Under the pieces are notes generated by a model. The model had not been told where the DNA came from and searched no databases. It saw only the letters and a list, made by a program, of their open reading frames with translations. A stretch of DNA of 63,281 nt, counting the filler, from Lenisia limosa (Eukaryota; Protista; Breviatea): the NCBI GenBank assembly GCA_001655205.1. It is 16 parts of 16 records of this genome, joined end to end, with 100 filler letters (N's around TTAATTAATTAA, not from the genome) between each part and the next. Parts side by side here need not be neighbours in the genome. Positions count along the whole stretch, not along the records: positions 33,672 to 35,941 come from LPNZ01007631.1; positions 36,042 to 39,127 come from LPNZ01009276.1; positions 39,228 to 41,587 come from LPNZ01005371.1; positions 41,688 to 43,722 come from LPNZ01010000.1; positions 43,823 to 45,360 come from LPNZ01004287.1; positions 45,461 to 47,625 come from LPNZ01001013.1; 10 more parts are not named here. The stretch is one strand, 5' to 3'. Positions 34,060 to 46,522 of this stretch are shown piece after piece (the first letter of the stretch is position 1; each line of letters opens with the position of its first letter). Both the position numbers and the translations under genes were made by a program.

Positions 34060-35640
34060 CCAGTTGCAGCCCATTGGAAGAACGATGTTGGCCGAGTTGT
34101 GCCTTCCGGCCGCGACGTCAGCATTGGTGGCGGATGCATGCTCTCGTGGCTTATGCAGGGGATATTGAGAACCTAAGGATTATTATGGTCTCAGATGTGA
34201 AAAAAGTAACCTTCAGCCCGCTACTGTTGACTCAAAAATTTCAAACAACCCTATTAGCCTACACTGCAATTACTGTTTTGGGGAATTGAAGAGGCTAACA
34301 ATGTGGACTGCGCTCCAACAATCTCATCTCCTTCTGTGAGGAACAGGAATAAGACAGGAAATAATAATGGCTCTCATCAAAATTTCAGAACTAAAAACAA
34401 AGATCAATATTTGAAGGGGGAAACAATTTAATAGTGTCAAACTATACCCACACACCGGTTGTGACAAGTAGAACAGAAGTGGACGAACTGATTTCATTTA
34501 AAAGCTCCGAATTGCGATGATGCACCCCAGATGCCCTGAGTACTTAGTACAGACTGTCTGATCTGAAAAACTCAACTGATTGCTCACCTTAAAATTCCCG
34601 AAAGGAAAGGTCCAGCAGCAGGACATGCAGGCATTGTAGCAAATGTGTTGAACAGAATAAGTTTCTAAGAGTTAAGCCACAATATACGAGGTACCAAGTC
34701 CGTTTAAGAGTATTGTGGGGTCGAAAAATAAAAACAACATAAAACACATTCAGAAGCTCCTCCTCACTTTGGCATTTATTTGCTTTGTTGCGGCGGCAGC
34801 AGCAGTTCCGCCAATGGAAGTTCCGGTTACCGTAATATTAATTGGTGACTCACTATCAGGTGAATCAAAGGATGTTTTGAGGAAAAGAGAACAGGGAATC
34901 ATGTAGATAGCACCACATGTAGCGTACCCTAACTTGTCAACAAGATAGTCTGCAACAGCCTGTCCAAAAGCCTGAAAGAATGAAAAGAAAATTTCAAAAT
35001 TCATATCAAAATGCACCAGACTTGCTTACCTCAAAAGAATCACCGGATGGTTTTCCTTCCGACTGGATGTAACCCGGGTAGTTTGCCATCAAAACGTTGT
35101 ATCTGAGCAATGAACCTTCTTCACTTTGTTTTCCTGTACTGATTCTGATAATATGTATTATGTTGAAATAAAACAAGGGAATATCAGGCCGAAGCTGCCC
35201 ACACTATCATGCTAATAAGAGATATTGGATTATAGTATATAGTATATGATATGTAAATAGTTTTAATTCACTCAATCATTAGTTTTGCAGCACAATAACC
35301 CAGATAAGCCCTCCTAAAACCATCTTGCGCCACGGATTCAAGAGGTGTACAAATATCAAAGGCTATATAACAATAATCGTACATATTGATAACCTCCTCA
35401 AGAACAGATTGATACCCTCCTCAAGGAGAACGGATTATGAAAAGAAGGACCCCTAGTCTATGAGGCCTGTGAGGTGCATAGGAGAAGTGCCCTCATGGGG
35501 TGTCATAAATACAAACTTAAATTTGAAATCGTTAACATTGTGAAGAATGTAATAAAATCCATTGGGATTGAGAGTCCCGATGAGACGAGCAGCATTGTAG
35601 GTGACGAACACAATCGACCGTAACGCGTGTGTTGCCCGTT
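34060..35640 (-). CDS. Alpha/beta hydrolase, ABHD13/ABHD17/BEM46-like (multi-exon, partial)
   Basis: NVLMANYPGYIQSEGKPSGDSFEAFGQAVADYL; nucleophile elbow GTSIGG (34807-34824); KLILFNTFATMP; EGDEIVG (Asp); IPCISHE (His). Confidence 0.85.
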
Positions 35641-36589
35641 CAAAATATCTTTTACATATGTTTCCTAATATTTGAATGGATTTGTGGATATTGTTTGACT
35701 TGAAAACAAAAATCCCTGCATTTATCTAATACGAAGTATTGATATGATTCTTATGAATGTTAATCTGTATACCAAGATAACCCACACGTATTAGAAACAA
35801 TCTAGCAAAGAAGATCATTCAGATTTTAAAGAGATTGTTCTATAATTATACTATATTCTACTATAATCTAATATCTCCTATAAGCATGATGTTGTGGACG
35901 GCTCTCTGCCAACAACCGTAGAGTATCTGGCCGAAGCCGTCNNNNNNNNNNNNNNNNNNNNNNNNNNNNNNNNNNNNNNNNNNNNTTAATTAATTAANNN
36001 NNNNNNNNNNNNNNNNNNNNNNNNNNNNNNNNNNNNNNNNNGGGGGGGGGGGTAATAAAGGTATAAAAAGCGTATGTGGATGGGTATTTCAAAACAGTGG
36101 GACCAAAGATATTGAGCTTTGACTTATGTCACTGTTAATGTTATTATCGCTTGCCGGAAATTAGTCTGAACCCCGGTTATTTCGGAAAGGTTCATTTTAG
36201 CGTTTGACAGTTCAGCCGGCGATCTGATTGTCGACAACCCCGAGATAAAGGTCATAAAAATGCCTGGAATGTTGGACGGGGAGAATGGTTGTGATTTTAT
36301 CTCCGGCTGAGTGCTACTGGAATACAAACGTATGGTTTATCTTTAGATGGACAATGTTATTGTTTCCATCTTCTTACAAGATTGATCTTATTTCGGGCAT
36401 AGTTATACATTGTAGCGAAGCGGTATTATATATCAGGCTTCCTTTTTCCATACTTTACACCCCTCCCCCAGACCCACGCAACAGCTCCACATCCAAGCCA
36501 GTTTAGACGGTCTCCAAGCCTCTTCGTCTCCTCCGCCGCTCCTGCATAAAACCCATCGAGCGGATTCGGAAATTGCCGAGTGGGGGAAT

Positions 36590-36670
36590 GGGTTGTTGTT
36601 TTGAGTGGGGATGGGTTGTTGTTTTGAGTGGGGATGGGTTGTTGTTTTGAGTGGGGATGAGTTGTTGTTT
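36590..36670. repeat. 23-bp tandem repeat, about 3.5 copies
   Basis: Unit GGGTTGTTGTTTTGAGTGGGGAT. Confidence 0.9.
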
Positions 36671-36940
36671 TTTTTTGGCAAAAGAAATGATATTCATTAG
36701 AAATCTAGGGAAACAAATAAATACAAAGGGATACCATAAACAAATTGGGGTAGGGAGTTGAATTGTGCAATACCATATCATTTGCATAATATATGATATA
36801 TATATCACATGTACATAATATAAATAATTAGGTCCCGCAACGGTCCCCCAAAAACTGAATTTCTCGATAATCCGCAAAAAATATATTTGCTCAATGGATA
36901 TTTATATATGATATTTACATTATTCTAACAACAAACGCAG

Positions 36941-38868
36941 GCCTTCTGGTCCGCTTTGTGATGACCATCCGAGCCTCTCCGAGTCACTACGATCCGAAAT
37001 AATTCCTCCGACGTCATCGCCGCCGCCGCAATTGGACGATCCGGAGGTTTTCTTCAGCCTGGGAGAGAAATGGGCATGTTTGCCTCTGTCCGTGCCGGTT
37101 TCGGAAAGGTACGTGGACTGGAGGGTTGTCTGATCTTTCACCATTTTAACGTTGGAGTGATGGGATTGGCCTGGGCTTTGTTTGAGTTATTGTTATCAAA
37201 CCTCTTGTGTTGTCAGACAACAGAGTTAATTTGGGGCTTTTTTTTGTTTCATAAATTTTCCAATTTTACTCCCTCACCCCCAGACTTTAACCATTTTACC
37301 GGATATTTCAACATGTCAATGCCCCATATTTTACCATTTAACTCAATATTTCAATATCAACTCTTATAAAAACACACTATTCTCTGTCATTATTGTTCAC
37401 AGCAATCCTCATATTATCTTTCTTTTTTTTTCCCTTACCAACTCTCATATTATCTATCTATCACTTTCAATTCTCATATCAACTCTTAGAGAATTACATT
37501 ATCATACCAGCAGTTAGCATAACAATTCTGATTCCATTAGGACGCAACCCTTATACGGTGCTGAAACGCCGCCCCTCGATGTCAAATTTAGCAGTGGGGG
37601 GGGGGGCGTTATGACATAGTATGAACTCAATCCAGAAGTCTTGTTACTAGGGCTTCGTGCAATAATTAAAAAAAAAATTGCTAATTTGAAGTGCGACTTA
37701 TTGTAATGTAAACTCTGTAGTTTCAAATTTTGTCAAACAATTAACTGCACTGGGCCCTACTTGTTACACGTCCTTCACACATTTCCTACCTATGAACCTG
37801 GTCACTTTTTACTCCTTGCAATCCAGAAGCTTACACGTCCTTCTAAGAACCTGGTAATTTTTTACTCCTTGCAATCCAGAAGTCTTCAAGGGCCCAATCA
37901 AGCCCGCTTCGAAGCACCCGGAACCGTTAACCCTCGATCCTCCACCCTCACCATTCCGACTTTTCAATGTGGCGCCACCACGCAATTTGGCGCAATCGTT
38001 GCATCCATTCGCACACCCACAAAAGTGAGTTTGGCTAAAGAGCTCTGTAATGATGATGATTATTTATAATGATGGTGGTGATGGTACTGGTTTATAATGA
38101 TGGTGATGATGATGATGATGATGGTTGTGGTAATGATTTATAATGATGGTTGGTGATGATGATGATGTGATGATGATGGTGTTGGTGGTAGGGATTTGCT
38201 CATTATTTTCTATGGGAAATAAATAAATACAAACTGTCATAGTATACATTCTGATTTGGTGAATTATTATACTATAATTCAATATCTCTTATAAGCGTGA
38301 TGGTNNNNNNNNNNTCCATCCCCTGCATTTAGCTCCCCTCTATCCCCCTTAAATCTTCTCAGAAGACATGAGACCGCTGCTTTTTGCTGCCAAACAACGC
38401 TCAGCATGTCCGTATTTCGTCCAAAAGCCCTTTTCGGGTAGGGGGGGGGGGGTAAAACAAAGGAAATTTCAATNNNNNNNNNNNNNNNNNNNNNNNNNNN
38501 NNNNNNNNNNNNNNNNNNNNNNNNNNNNNNNNNNNNNNNNNNNNNNNNNNNNNNNNNNNNNNNNNNNNNNNNNNNNNNNNNNNNNNNNNNNNNNNNNNNN
38601 NNAATAACAAACAACGCTAAAACTAGACAAACAGATGACTCCCACGAAAATGATACTTATCTATGATTTATGATTAGGGCTTCACTTCGGTTCTAATAAA
38701 GACTGAATTTCTCAATAAATCCTCGAAAACGATATTTTACCGGTATTTTTCGAACCGAAGTGAAGCCCTATTTGTGATTTATGATGTATTTAGGAAAGAC
38801 ACAGACCCCGTATCAAGAAAGGACGAAGTAAAAGAACTGCGAAAAGGAAGTCGATTCTATGAAATGTG
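36941..38868 (+). CDS. Hypothetical protein exons (partial)
   Basis: GT-AG exon candidates including SLQGPNQARFEAPGTVNPRSSTLTIPTFQCGATTQFGAIVASIRTPTK and KDTDPVSRKDEVKELRKGSRFYEMW; frame of the first exon is ambiguous. Confidence 0.45.
37648..37759. mobile_element. hAT-type MITE subfamily B3 (different internal sequence)
   Basis: TAGGGCTTCGTGCA...TGCACTGGGCCCTA with perfect 8-bp duplication CTTGTTAC on both sides. Second copy at 57663-57802 (TIRs clear, TSD not conserved). Confidence 0.9.
38675..38770. mobile_element. hAT-type MITE family B1 (well preserved)
   Basis: Perfect 18-bp TIR TAGGGCTTCACTTCGGTT / AACCGAAGTGAAGCCCTA; flanks TTTATGAT / TTTGTGAT (7/8). Other B1 copies or halves near 11003-11102, 16149-16215, 27228-27280, 27473-27571, 44900-44985, 51395-51470, 51654-51756, 59239-59338 (flanks 6/8), 60053-60155. 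Confidence 0.92.
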
Positions 38869-38935
38869 GTATGTGCGTGAGTGTTCTATGAAATGTGGTA
38901 TGTGCGTGTCATTTCTATGAAATGTAGTATGTCGG
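38855..38935 (+). repeat. 29-bp tandem repeat spanning a 5' splice junction
   Basis: Three units of TTCTATGAAATGTG|GTATGTGCGTG; the first contains the predicted donor at 38869. Confidence 0.8.
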
Positions 38936-39339
38936 TGTTATTTTGTAATTGGGAAGGAAAAAAGCTGTGTGCACAGAGTTGTAAGGCAAATGATTGGGTG
39001 AATTTATATTATACCAACCCAATATCTTATTTTAGCGTAATGATGTGGATGGCTTAGGCCAGATACAACCTTGTTTTATTTCTCAGTGCTATAATATATG
39101 ATACTATCAATTTACCCCCCCCCCCCCNNNNNNNNNNNNNNNNNNNNNNNNNNNNNNNNNNNNNNNNNNNNTTAATTAATTAANNNNNNNNNNNNNNNNN
39201 NNNNNNNNNNNNNNNNNNNNNNNNNNNATATTCATGATATAATCATCTTATTATATGATACTACTATTTATCTATGTCCAAGTTGTGTTCGGCCAGATAC
39301 GCCCTTTATTTGACTCATGATAAAGGTTGAGGTATACAG

Positions 39340-39774
39340 CCTGAAACACCAGGAAGTGGTGGTGGACTTGAGCCACAAGCACTTCAGCCACCCTGTTGGG
39401 ACCGCTGTGGCAGATAGCTCGATATTGGTGCTTGAACAGGACAAGGGCACCATGACGGTATGAAGGGTTTTTTTGAGATTGTGCAATTCTTAAGTGAAAT
39501 GGACAATATTTGAAATGTTTAAAATGGAGTTCTGCTTACAATATCCCACTATCTCATTTCAAATTGTTAATAATTAATTGCATGTAGTGCTGTTTTGTAG
39601 GCCTAATGACATTCATAAGTCATTAGGCCTACAAAACCAGAATGCTCATGTGATTATAAGCAAACTACATTCTCGTTATTTATCTAATCTCCCAGCTCTT
39701 TGACTTGGAGTACAACTATGTTCGAACTGTTGTCAAGCAAATCGACCAGCCGGAAGACATCTTCTACTCAGAAT
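39340..39774 (+). CDS. NHL-repeat/beta-propeller-like protein exons (partial)
   Basis: LSHKHFSHPVGTAVADSSILVLEQDKGTMT|LFDLEYNYVRTVVKQIDQPEDIFYS fits the F-x-x-P-x-G/D NHL pattern; clean splice sites. Confidence 0.55.
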
Positions 39775-40094
39775 GTTGATCCCCAGTTTTGCTCATGTTT
39801 TTTTCTTCATGTTTCTTCTTTTGTTTCTTTTAAATTCATGGTTATTCAAATCATTGGGTAAAGGTATCTTAGCGTATACAACTAAGAGGCATGCAGAAAG
39901 AGGGACAAGAGGGTGAACGAATCAGATTGAACATACTATCCCTTCCATATAACAGCTATTTAATTTTTCTCAAGAAACGTGGGGTATTGTGCTACGTTTT
40001 ATCAAATGCAATTGTAGTAAGAGAAAGGCTAAATTAACATAACAATGAATAATGTACAAACCATATTACAACATATAAGACCTGGACTATTTTG

Positions 40095-41335
40095 TGACGA
40101 TGGTGAGAGGCACTGATTCCCTTCGCGAGTGAGACGCAGATGACACAGCAAACTGGTATTTCTGGCCCTGAGTGGGTAAATAGTGCTAAAAGAGACACTT
40201 CAAGACCTTGAGACTACCAATACGCTATTTCCCCATCCCCCAACGAGGACATTTGCGGAGTGTTTGGTAATTTATGTAACATAGAGATGGGTAATAAACA
40301 CAAGGCATCGGGTATCCATATTGTTTTTTTAATGAATCCCAAAGTTTATATGCAATTTCTTGCTCTCTCAAAGGCCAGAATAGCACCCCCCCCCCACTCT
40401 GGCAGTTGTGAAAGGTGGAGACAGGATGACTGTGATTTGGCAGGATCCCAGGGGGCTCAACACCCCGGATGTTTGCGAGAATGTCACGTGCGTTCTGGGA
40501 GAGGGGTGNNNNNNNNNNNNNNNNNNNNNNNNNNNNNNNNNNNNNNNNNNNNNNNNNNNNNNNNNNNNNNNNNNNNNNNNNNNNNNNNNNNNNNNNNNNN
40601 NNNNNNNNNNNGTTGGCTGATAACACACGAGAGTTGACCGCAGCAAAAGGTGACGGGGAGAAGGGGTGAGTACGGAGAATGAAAAAAGAGTAGGGCTTCC
40701 CTTCGGTCCGAAAAAGACCGTTAAAATATCGATTTTACCGAGAAATTCAGTCTTTTTTGGGACTATAGGGAACCCCTAAGTATATGTTGATCTCCCCCCA
40801 ACCCGATTTCACCAGCAGCGGGGCCGATATACCACTGTAAACTTTGATCGTCATGGCAGTTTCTGAGGAGTGATGGCGGAATACATGAAAGGAAAAATGG
40901 CTTCATGCATGCTTGATTTTGTTTCTTCCTGGAGAAACATTGCTCACAAAGCCCTTCCACCAACCTGAGTGAAAATGTTTTCTGTTGGAGCTGAAGAGGA
41001 CGAACATTCTCGAAGATAAGTGACGATGGCGACACCAGGAGGAGGGGGTCTGGGGGTGAAATAAGGGGGGTAATTGGCTTCGATAACGATGATAAGAGTT
41101 AAGACTCTCTTCATTGAATCTCAAGAACTAATCCATATTATCATAAGTGCTTTGCAATTCTTTGTTCAAAATAAACTGGAACTTATATTTACACAATAGT
41201 TAATAGAAAGTATATGAGGAAAAATGGTTGAACTGTGGCAAACACAATGAAAAAGGGGTCGAGAAACGAAAAGTCTCACCACCCACCCTCATTGTCTGGA
41301 ATTGGGATTGGGTTGAAGTCCGGGTTAGTTCTAGA
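40095..41335 (-). CDS. ASH/MSP (PapD-like Ig) domain protein, 3' exons
   Basis: PLLLVSPSSLIFENVRPLQLQQKTFSLR...THVTFSQTSGVLSPLGSCQITVILSP matches the ASH/MSP strand pattern. Confidence 0.55.
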
Positions 41336-41721
41336 GGCGGGCCAGGTAGATGTGGGGTCTTGGAACAGGTTCCGCGCCTGTAACAATGAGTTAATGGGGT
41401 GTACATGAATAGTGAGTTAATGAGGTGTAATTAGGGCTTAAGGATGAGTTAATGGGGTATACGTAACACCCATATATACAGTGAGGGCTTTCTTTGGTCT
41501 CTGTCTTCCCCATTATACCACATAGGACATACAAGCTGAGGATGTCTGAAGAAAAGTCTTTAATCGATCAGAGCCCCCCCCCCCCCCNNNNNNNNNNNNN
41601 NNNNNNNNNNNNNNNNNNNNNNNNNNNNNNNTTAATTAATTAANNNNNNNNNNNNNNNNNNNNNNNNNNNNNNNNNNNNNNNNNNNNGTATGTATACCCC
41701 TTCCCACCCCACCTTCTTGCA

Positions 41722-43270
41722 TATAATACCCCCTCCCCGTACCTGTGTTCTGTGTCGCGCTGCCGCCTCACGTCGGTGCGTTTGGTGGCCGGAAATCTCA
41801 TTCTCAAGCTCCTTGATCACTGATCGAAGTTCCTCAATCTGCAGAGTCAAAAGATGGGGTGAAAGCAAAAGTACTTTCTGGTATAAATAAAAGTTAGAGT
41901 AGGGGATCGAATGATGAAGGAAGGTCTGATTTGTATAAAAATGATATCCTGGTACTTGTGGGTTATTTTTACACATGTGAACTACCTTTTCCATGCAGTG
42001 ATACCTGATATCTACTCGCATTAATAACGTATCGTTCATACTACACCACATACTTCAGTATTGCCATTGCCATTGTTAGCCACCTGTATTACGTCGTTAA
42101 TCTGCCCGGAAAAAGCAACAGGAGACACGGATTGCCTTTGATTACTTTGAAGGGGGGTTGCAACCGGGGTGGCTTGGGCTGGCTTCGGAAGAGCCCCCGG
42201 CGGCGTGGACATTGGAGTTCCTCCGGATTCATGACGGCTGATATTGGGCCGGACCGGGGAGTGAACAATGGGCTGGGGAGCAGCTTCTGGGATTGCTTCG
42301 GGGTTCTCCGGGGTGCTCTCTTCCAGTGGAGGGGACCTTCGCACGTGCGCCCTACGCGCAGCCATCGCCTCCATATACTTAATCGGGTCAGAATCCGGGC
42401 CAAAGTCCATATTGTCGTGTTCCGACGGCACGTGACTTGCCTCCGACGGTTTTGGTGTCAAGTGACTTGCCTCTGACGGTTTTGGCGTCACGTGAGCAAC
42501 CGGGGTGCGTGGCTGTGGCGTGTGCTTGCGGGCAGCACTGCTGGGCTGAGGCGTTGCGCGTCGAGATTGGCGCTGAGGCGTGGTTGGTGACGGGCTNNNN
42601 NNNNNNNNNNNNNNNNNNNNNNNNNNNNNNNNNNNNNNNNNNNNNNNNNNNNNNNNNCCGGGGGGTGACAAGCGGTTTTAGGTCGCCATACCGCGGGGAT
42701 GGCGATCTTTTGATCTCATTAGCCGGGGGCTGTGAGGCTCGGAGGGGGTCCTCGGACTTCTTATCATTGTCCATGGGGGTGCGTCTTCTCGAGGGCTGCG
42801 GCAGCGCAGATGGCGGTACCCTGGGTTGTAAGAATAGCTTTCTTAGGTACGGAAAAGACCAGCAAAATATGGATATTTATCGAGGATTTATCGAAGACTT
42901 GTAGAGATCTTTTTTGGGACCGTAGGGAAGAGTTGTGAGATTCAGGGTCTTCAAAGAGGGGTGAAAATTCTTTATCAGTCATCATCTAACAATTATTTAG
43001 AAGATTGTATGGATATACAGTTACCGGGATAGTCTTGACCGATATGCTATATGATTTCCCAAGGAAAATTGGTCAAGACTTATCCCATTTTTTTGAAGGG
43101 AATAATGCGAAGGCATGTTGCTAGGTCACTGGAATTTTAAAAATATATTTTCTTTTGTTACAAAAAAAACAACACTTACGTTGATTGGGGCTGAGGTGAC
43201 ACCGACGGCTGCCTCTCGGAAACTTCGGGGGAAACTGGAGTGAGCGTTGTTTGCTGTGGGGTACCCTGGA
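41722..43270 (-). CDS. P/S/Q-rich low-complexity protein with coiled coil (partial)
   Basis: Long open exon(s) from 42774 to ~42060, then IEELRSVIKELENEISGHQTHRREAAAR; internal 27-bp duplication encoding TPKPSEASH twice. Confidence 0.6.
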
Positions 43271-43526
43271 TGTGTTACTACTCATCGTATGGAAAAAAAG
43301 TATCGGGCAGAAGTCATACAAAACAAATCATGTTTATACATGGAACATTGAATAATTCAGCGAATCGGATGCCTCATATAACTTCATAATATTTGAGTCA
43401 CATCCGAAGCAGAAGGAAAAAAAAATCGCATGGTTATTGACAATTTGAGCGTGGGAGAATGAGGATGAATGAAAGGGAAAACTGGCTGGAGGTGACATAA
43501 AACCCCGGAAACAATATTATTGTAAC

Positions 43527-43628
43527 TGGGGTTTTTCTACGGTCCCAAAAACAAGACTGAATTTCTCGATAAATCCTCGATAAACATCGATATTTCACTG
43601 ATCTTTTTGGGACCGTAGGGAAGCCTTA
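43527..43628. mobile_element. hAT-type MITE subfamily B2
   Basis: TIR variant TAGGGCTTCCCTACGGTCC; flanks ATTGTAAC / ATTATAAC (7/8). Confidence 0.87.
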
Positions 43629-44463
43629 ATTATAACGTGTGGACGGCTTCAGCCAGATACAACCTTATTTGTTATTTCTCATTGCTATATGATATATGCA
43701 TACACTGTACAAGCCGTTGCCANNNNNNNNNNNNNNNNNNNNNNNNNNNNNNNNNNNNNNNNNNNNTTAATTAATTAANNNNNNNNNNNNNNNNNNNNNN
43801 NNNNNNNNNNNNNNNNNNNNNNAAAAAACAATGAGGGGGTGAAGAGAAGCCATTATTCAAAATGGCAAATAATTATGTCAAGATAGCAGCAACACTGCCG
43901 GACATACCAAATGGAGCCTATGGAGGAGTGGTCATGTTTCGACTGCGAAAGTGTAAGAATACCCAGAATTGAGAATAAAACAGATTATCTGCCACCAAGT
44001 CACAATACAACTTAAAAAACTTACCTCCTCCCCACTGTCGAAAACACGACCCTCAACATAGAGACACGTACTGGCTTACGGTATGTGTTCCGTCCTACAA
44101 CACGAGATGTGCTGCTGCTACTAGCCGAGTGATCACTATCACATCATTTTCACTAATCCCCCCCCCCCCCNNNNNNNNNNNNNNNNNNNNNNNNNNNNNN
44201 NNNNNNNNNNNNNNNNNNNNNNNNNNNNNNNNNNNNNNNNNNNNNNNNNNNNNNNNNNNNNNNNNNNNNNNNNNAGCGCCGATAATACAATACATCAATG
44301 TTCCTGGGGTGAGATAAAATAAAATTTGTGAAACAAAAAAAAAACAGAAGGTCCAAGGGAGGGGTTAAAAATCAAGGAAATCGCAAGTGGTGTAGAGCTA
44401 GTAACGCAATACTTCAAGGTGTGTAATAAATATGGAGCGTGCTTGGGGGTGAGATGACACAGT

Positions 44464-44562
44464 TAAGGCTTCCATACGGTACCAAAATAGAGTGAATTTC
44501 TCGATAAATCCTCGATAAATATCGATATTTTGACGTCTTTTTCGGACCGTAGGGAAGCCCTA
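44464..44562. mobile_element. hAT-type MITE subfamily B2
   Basis: TAAGGCTTCCATACGGTACC...GGACCGTAGGGAAGCCCTA; flanks GACACAGT / GATACAGT (7/8). Other B2 copies or halves near 3367-3440, 26650-26705, 40691-40778, 42840-42930, 59638-59720. Confidence 0.9.
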
Positions 44563-46522
44563 GATACAGTACAAATGTACTTGGGTGAAGTGATGAGTAC
44601 CTCAAGCCTCAGAAATGTCAACATTTTTGTACTTCTCCCGCTTAAATCACTCTACACCTAGTTTTTAAACGATTCATTTTTCAAAATCAAAGGATTCCTT
44701 CACCCACCAGGGATCATAGAAACCCATGAGACGGGAGCGTAGACTAAGAGCTTCAGTCCGGTTGTACCTAATGCGTAGTTGAGCATCTGCAGTGTGAAGC
44801 ATTTACGGAATCTGACCTTGTTTGAATAATTATTAATGTATCATATTACAGGTTAGTCTTGAAGTAATTCACAAAGGAAAATTAAAGTTAGAAGCGTGGT
44901 ATCGAGGAGTTATCGAGGATTTATTGAGAATTTATTGAGGAGGATTTATCGAGGTTCAGTCTTTTTTGGAACCAAAAGTGAAGTTCTAGTGAAAATACAT
45001 GCACATCAGACCAACCGTGTAAGGAAATATTGGGGAAAGGCGAAGTAACACGGTTAGTAGAATGCCTTCCTCCTCTGGGGTTGTGAACAATTGGGCAGAT
45101 ACTCCCTTGTTTATTTCTCATTTTCCAATAGCCCCACCAATCAACTGATCGAATATAGTCCAGCGGGGGTACTTTGAGATACGTGCTACAACTGCGTCCC
45201 TAAATTCGTAACTTTATACTGATTTAAAGCGATATTTGATCCACACTTCCCTAACAATATATAGCAATGAGAAATAAAAAACAAGGTTATATCTGGCCGA
45301 AGCCGTCCACACTATCACGCTTCTAAGAGATATTGGATTCTTGTATAATTTAATTCACCTNNNNNNNNNNNNNNNNNNNNNNNNNNNNNNNNNNNNNNNN
45401 NNNNTTAATTAATTAANNNNNNNNNNNNNNNNNNNNNNNNNNNNNNNNNNNNNNNNNNNNCTGAAGTGTTATAAGGAAAGCAAAATAAAAAAAAAATAAA
45501 AAAATAGATCATATTCTTCTTATCAATTATGTAGATAATGAAATAGCAGGAAATACGATCTTCAATTACTTATAAAAACCAATATATGATATCATTTGGT
45601 TTAACCTGTTTTCCATTTTGGGCGTTGTGAACATAGTATTATCACAAAAACAGGTAGATATTTAAGATCTGGTTACATCAATAATCCCAATAATCAAAAA
45701 GAGTTAACAAACCAACCTTATCGGTCAAGACTTTCCACGGTCACTATAATACATGTAGTCTATGCATAGTAGATTTATCATAAGATAATATGAATTACTT
45801 AAAAGGCAACATACAAAGCCCCCGCCCCCTCAAACTTTGCCGCAGTGTGCCGGATTCTTCGGTGAGTCAACGACACACATCAATGCCAGGTCCACCAATC
45901 TGGGTTTGTTATAAAAAAAAATAAAAAAATGACAACAAATATCCTCCTTGGATCCTATCATAAGCCTTTCATCATTATTGAATCACTTCATATTTCATAT
46001 TCTCCTTGGATCCTATCATTATTCGCAAGCTGGGGGTGACCGAGTTCGCAATTTGACAACACATTTGAAATATCAAGTCTCCTGCCTTGAACAATAGAAA
46101 CAGTTTGATTTCTGGATTGACGGGCATCCTGTAAACTACGGAGCGGAAACTAACGGAGACGCCGATGTCAATCATATTTTCAAGGACACGACCGAAGATA
46201 CAGAGCGGCATTTGCATCTTTTCCCCCAGGAAGCTCCCATCTCTGGCTGTCTATCTGAAGGATGGATGTGTTAACTCTGATTGTTTTTTAAATTGTCGTT
46301 TTTAACCTAAAAGAAAGGTCTTCAACCAGAGACGGTCGTAGGCGCCCTCGAGAAAGGCATACCGCCCGAACAGATTGCGGAGTTCTTCAAAGTCAGTGGG
46401 GGCCGTCGTCTAATAAGTGTAACAGTATTCTTGTGTGTTTCAGCTATTGACTTTGTTCGGCTTGAACGTTCCTAACAATATAGAACCGGCTCTATGCGGA
46501 GAAATGCCCGTCGGGCCCTTGG

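Noticed and set aside
38050-38180. Poly-His/poly-Asp ORFs from (GAT)n, also at 10448-10706
   Set aside because: Intronic trinucleotide microsatellites with no splice-consistent coding context.
43823-45360. Exon-like fragments on the minus strand of this scaffold
   Set aside because: Could not build a phase-consistent model or recognise a domain; likely genic but not supportable as a feature.
46316-46510. Resemblance to XPB/Ssl2 N-terminal region (GLQPETV..GIPPEQIAEFFK, NRLYAEKCP)
   Set aside because: The pieces lie in different frames, flanking XPB motifs are absent and no helicase motifs follow; too weak to call.
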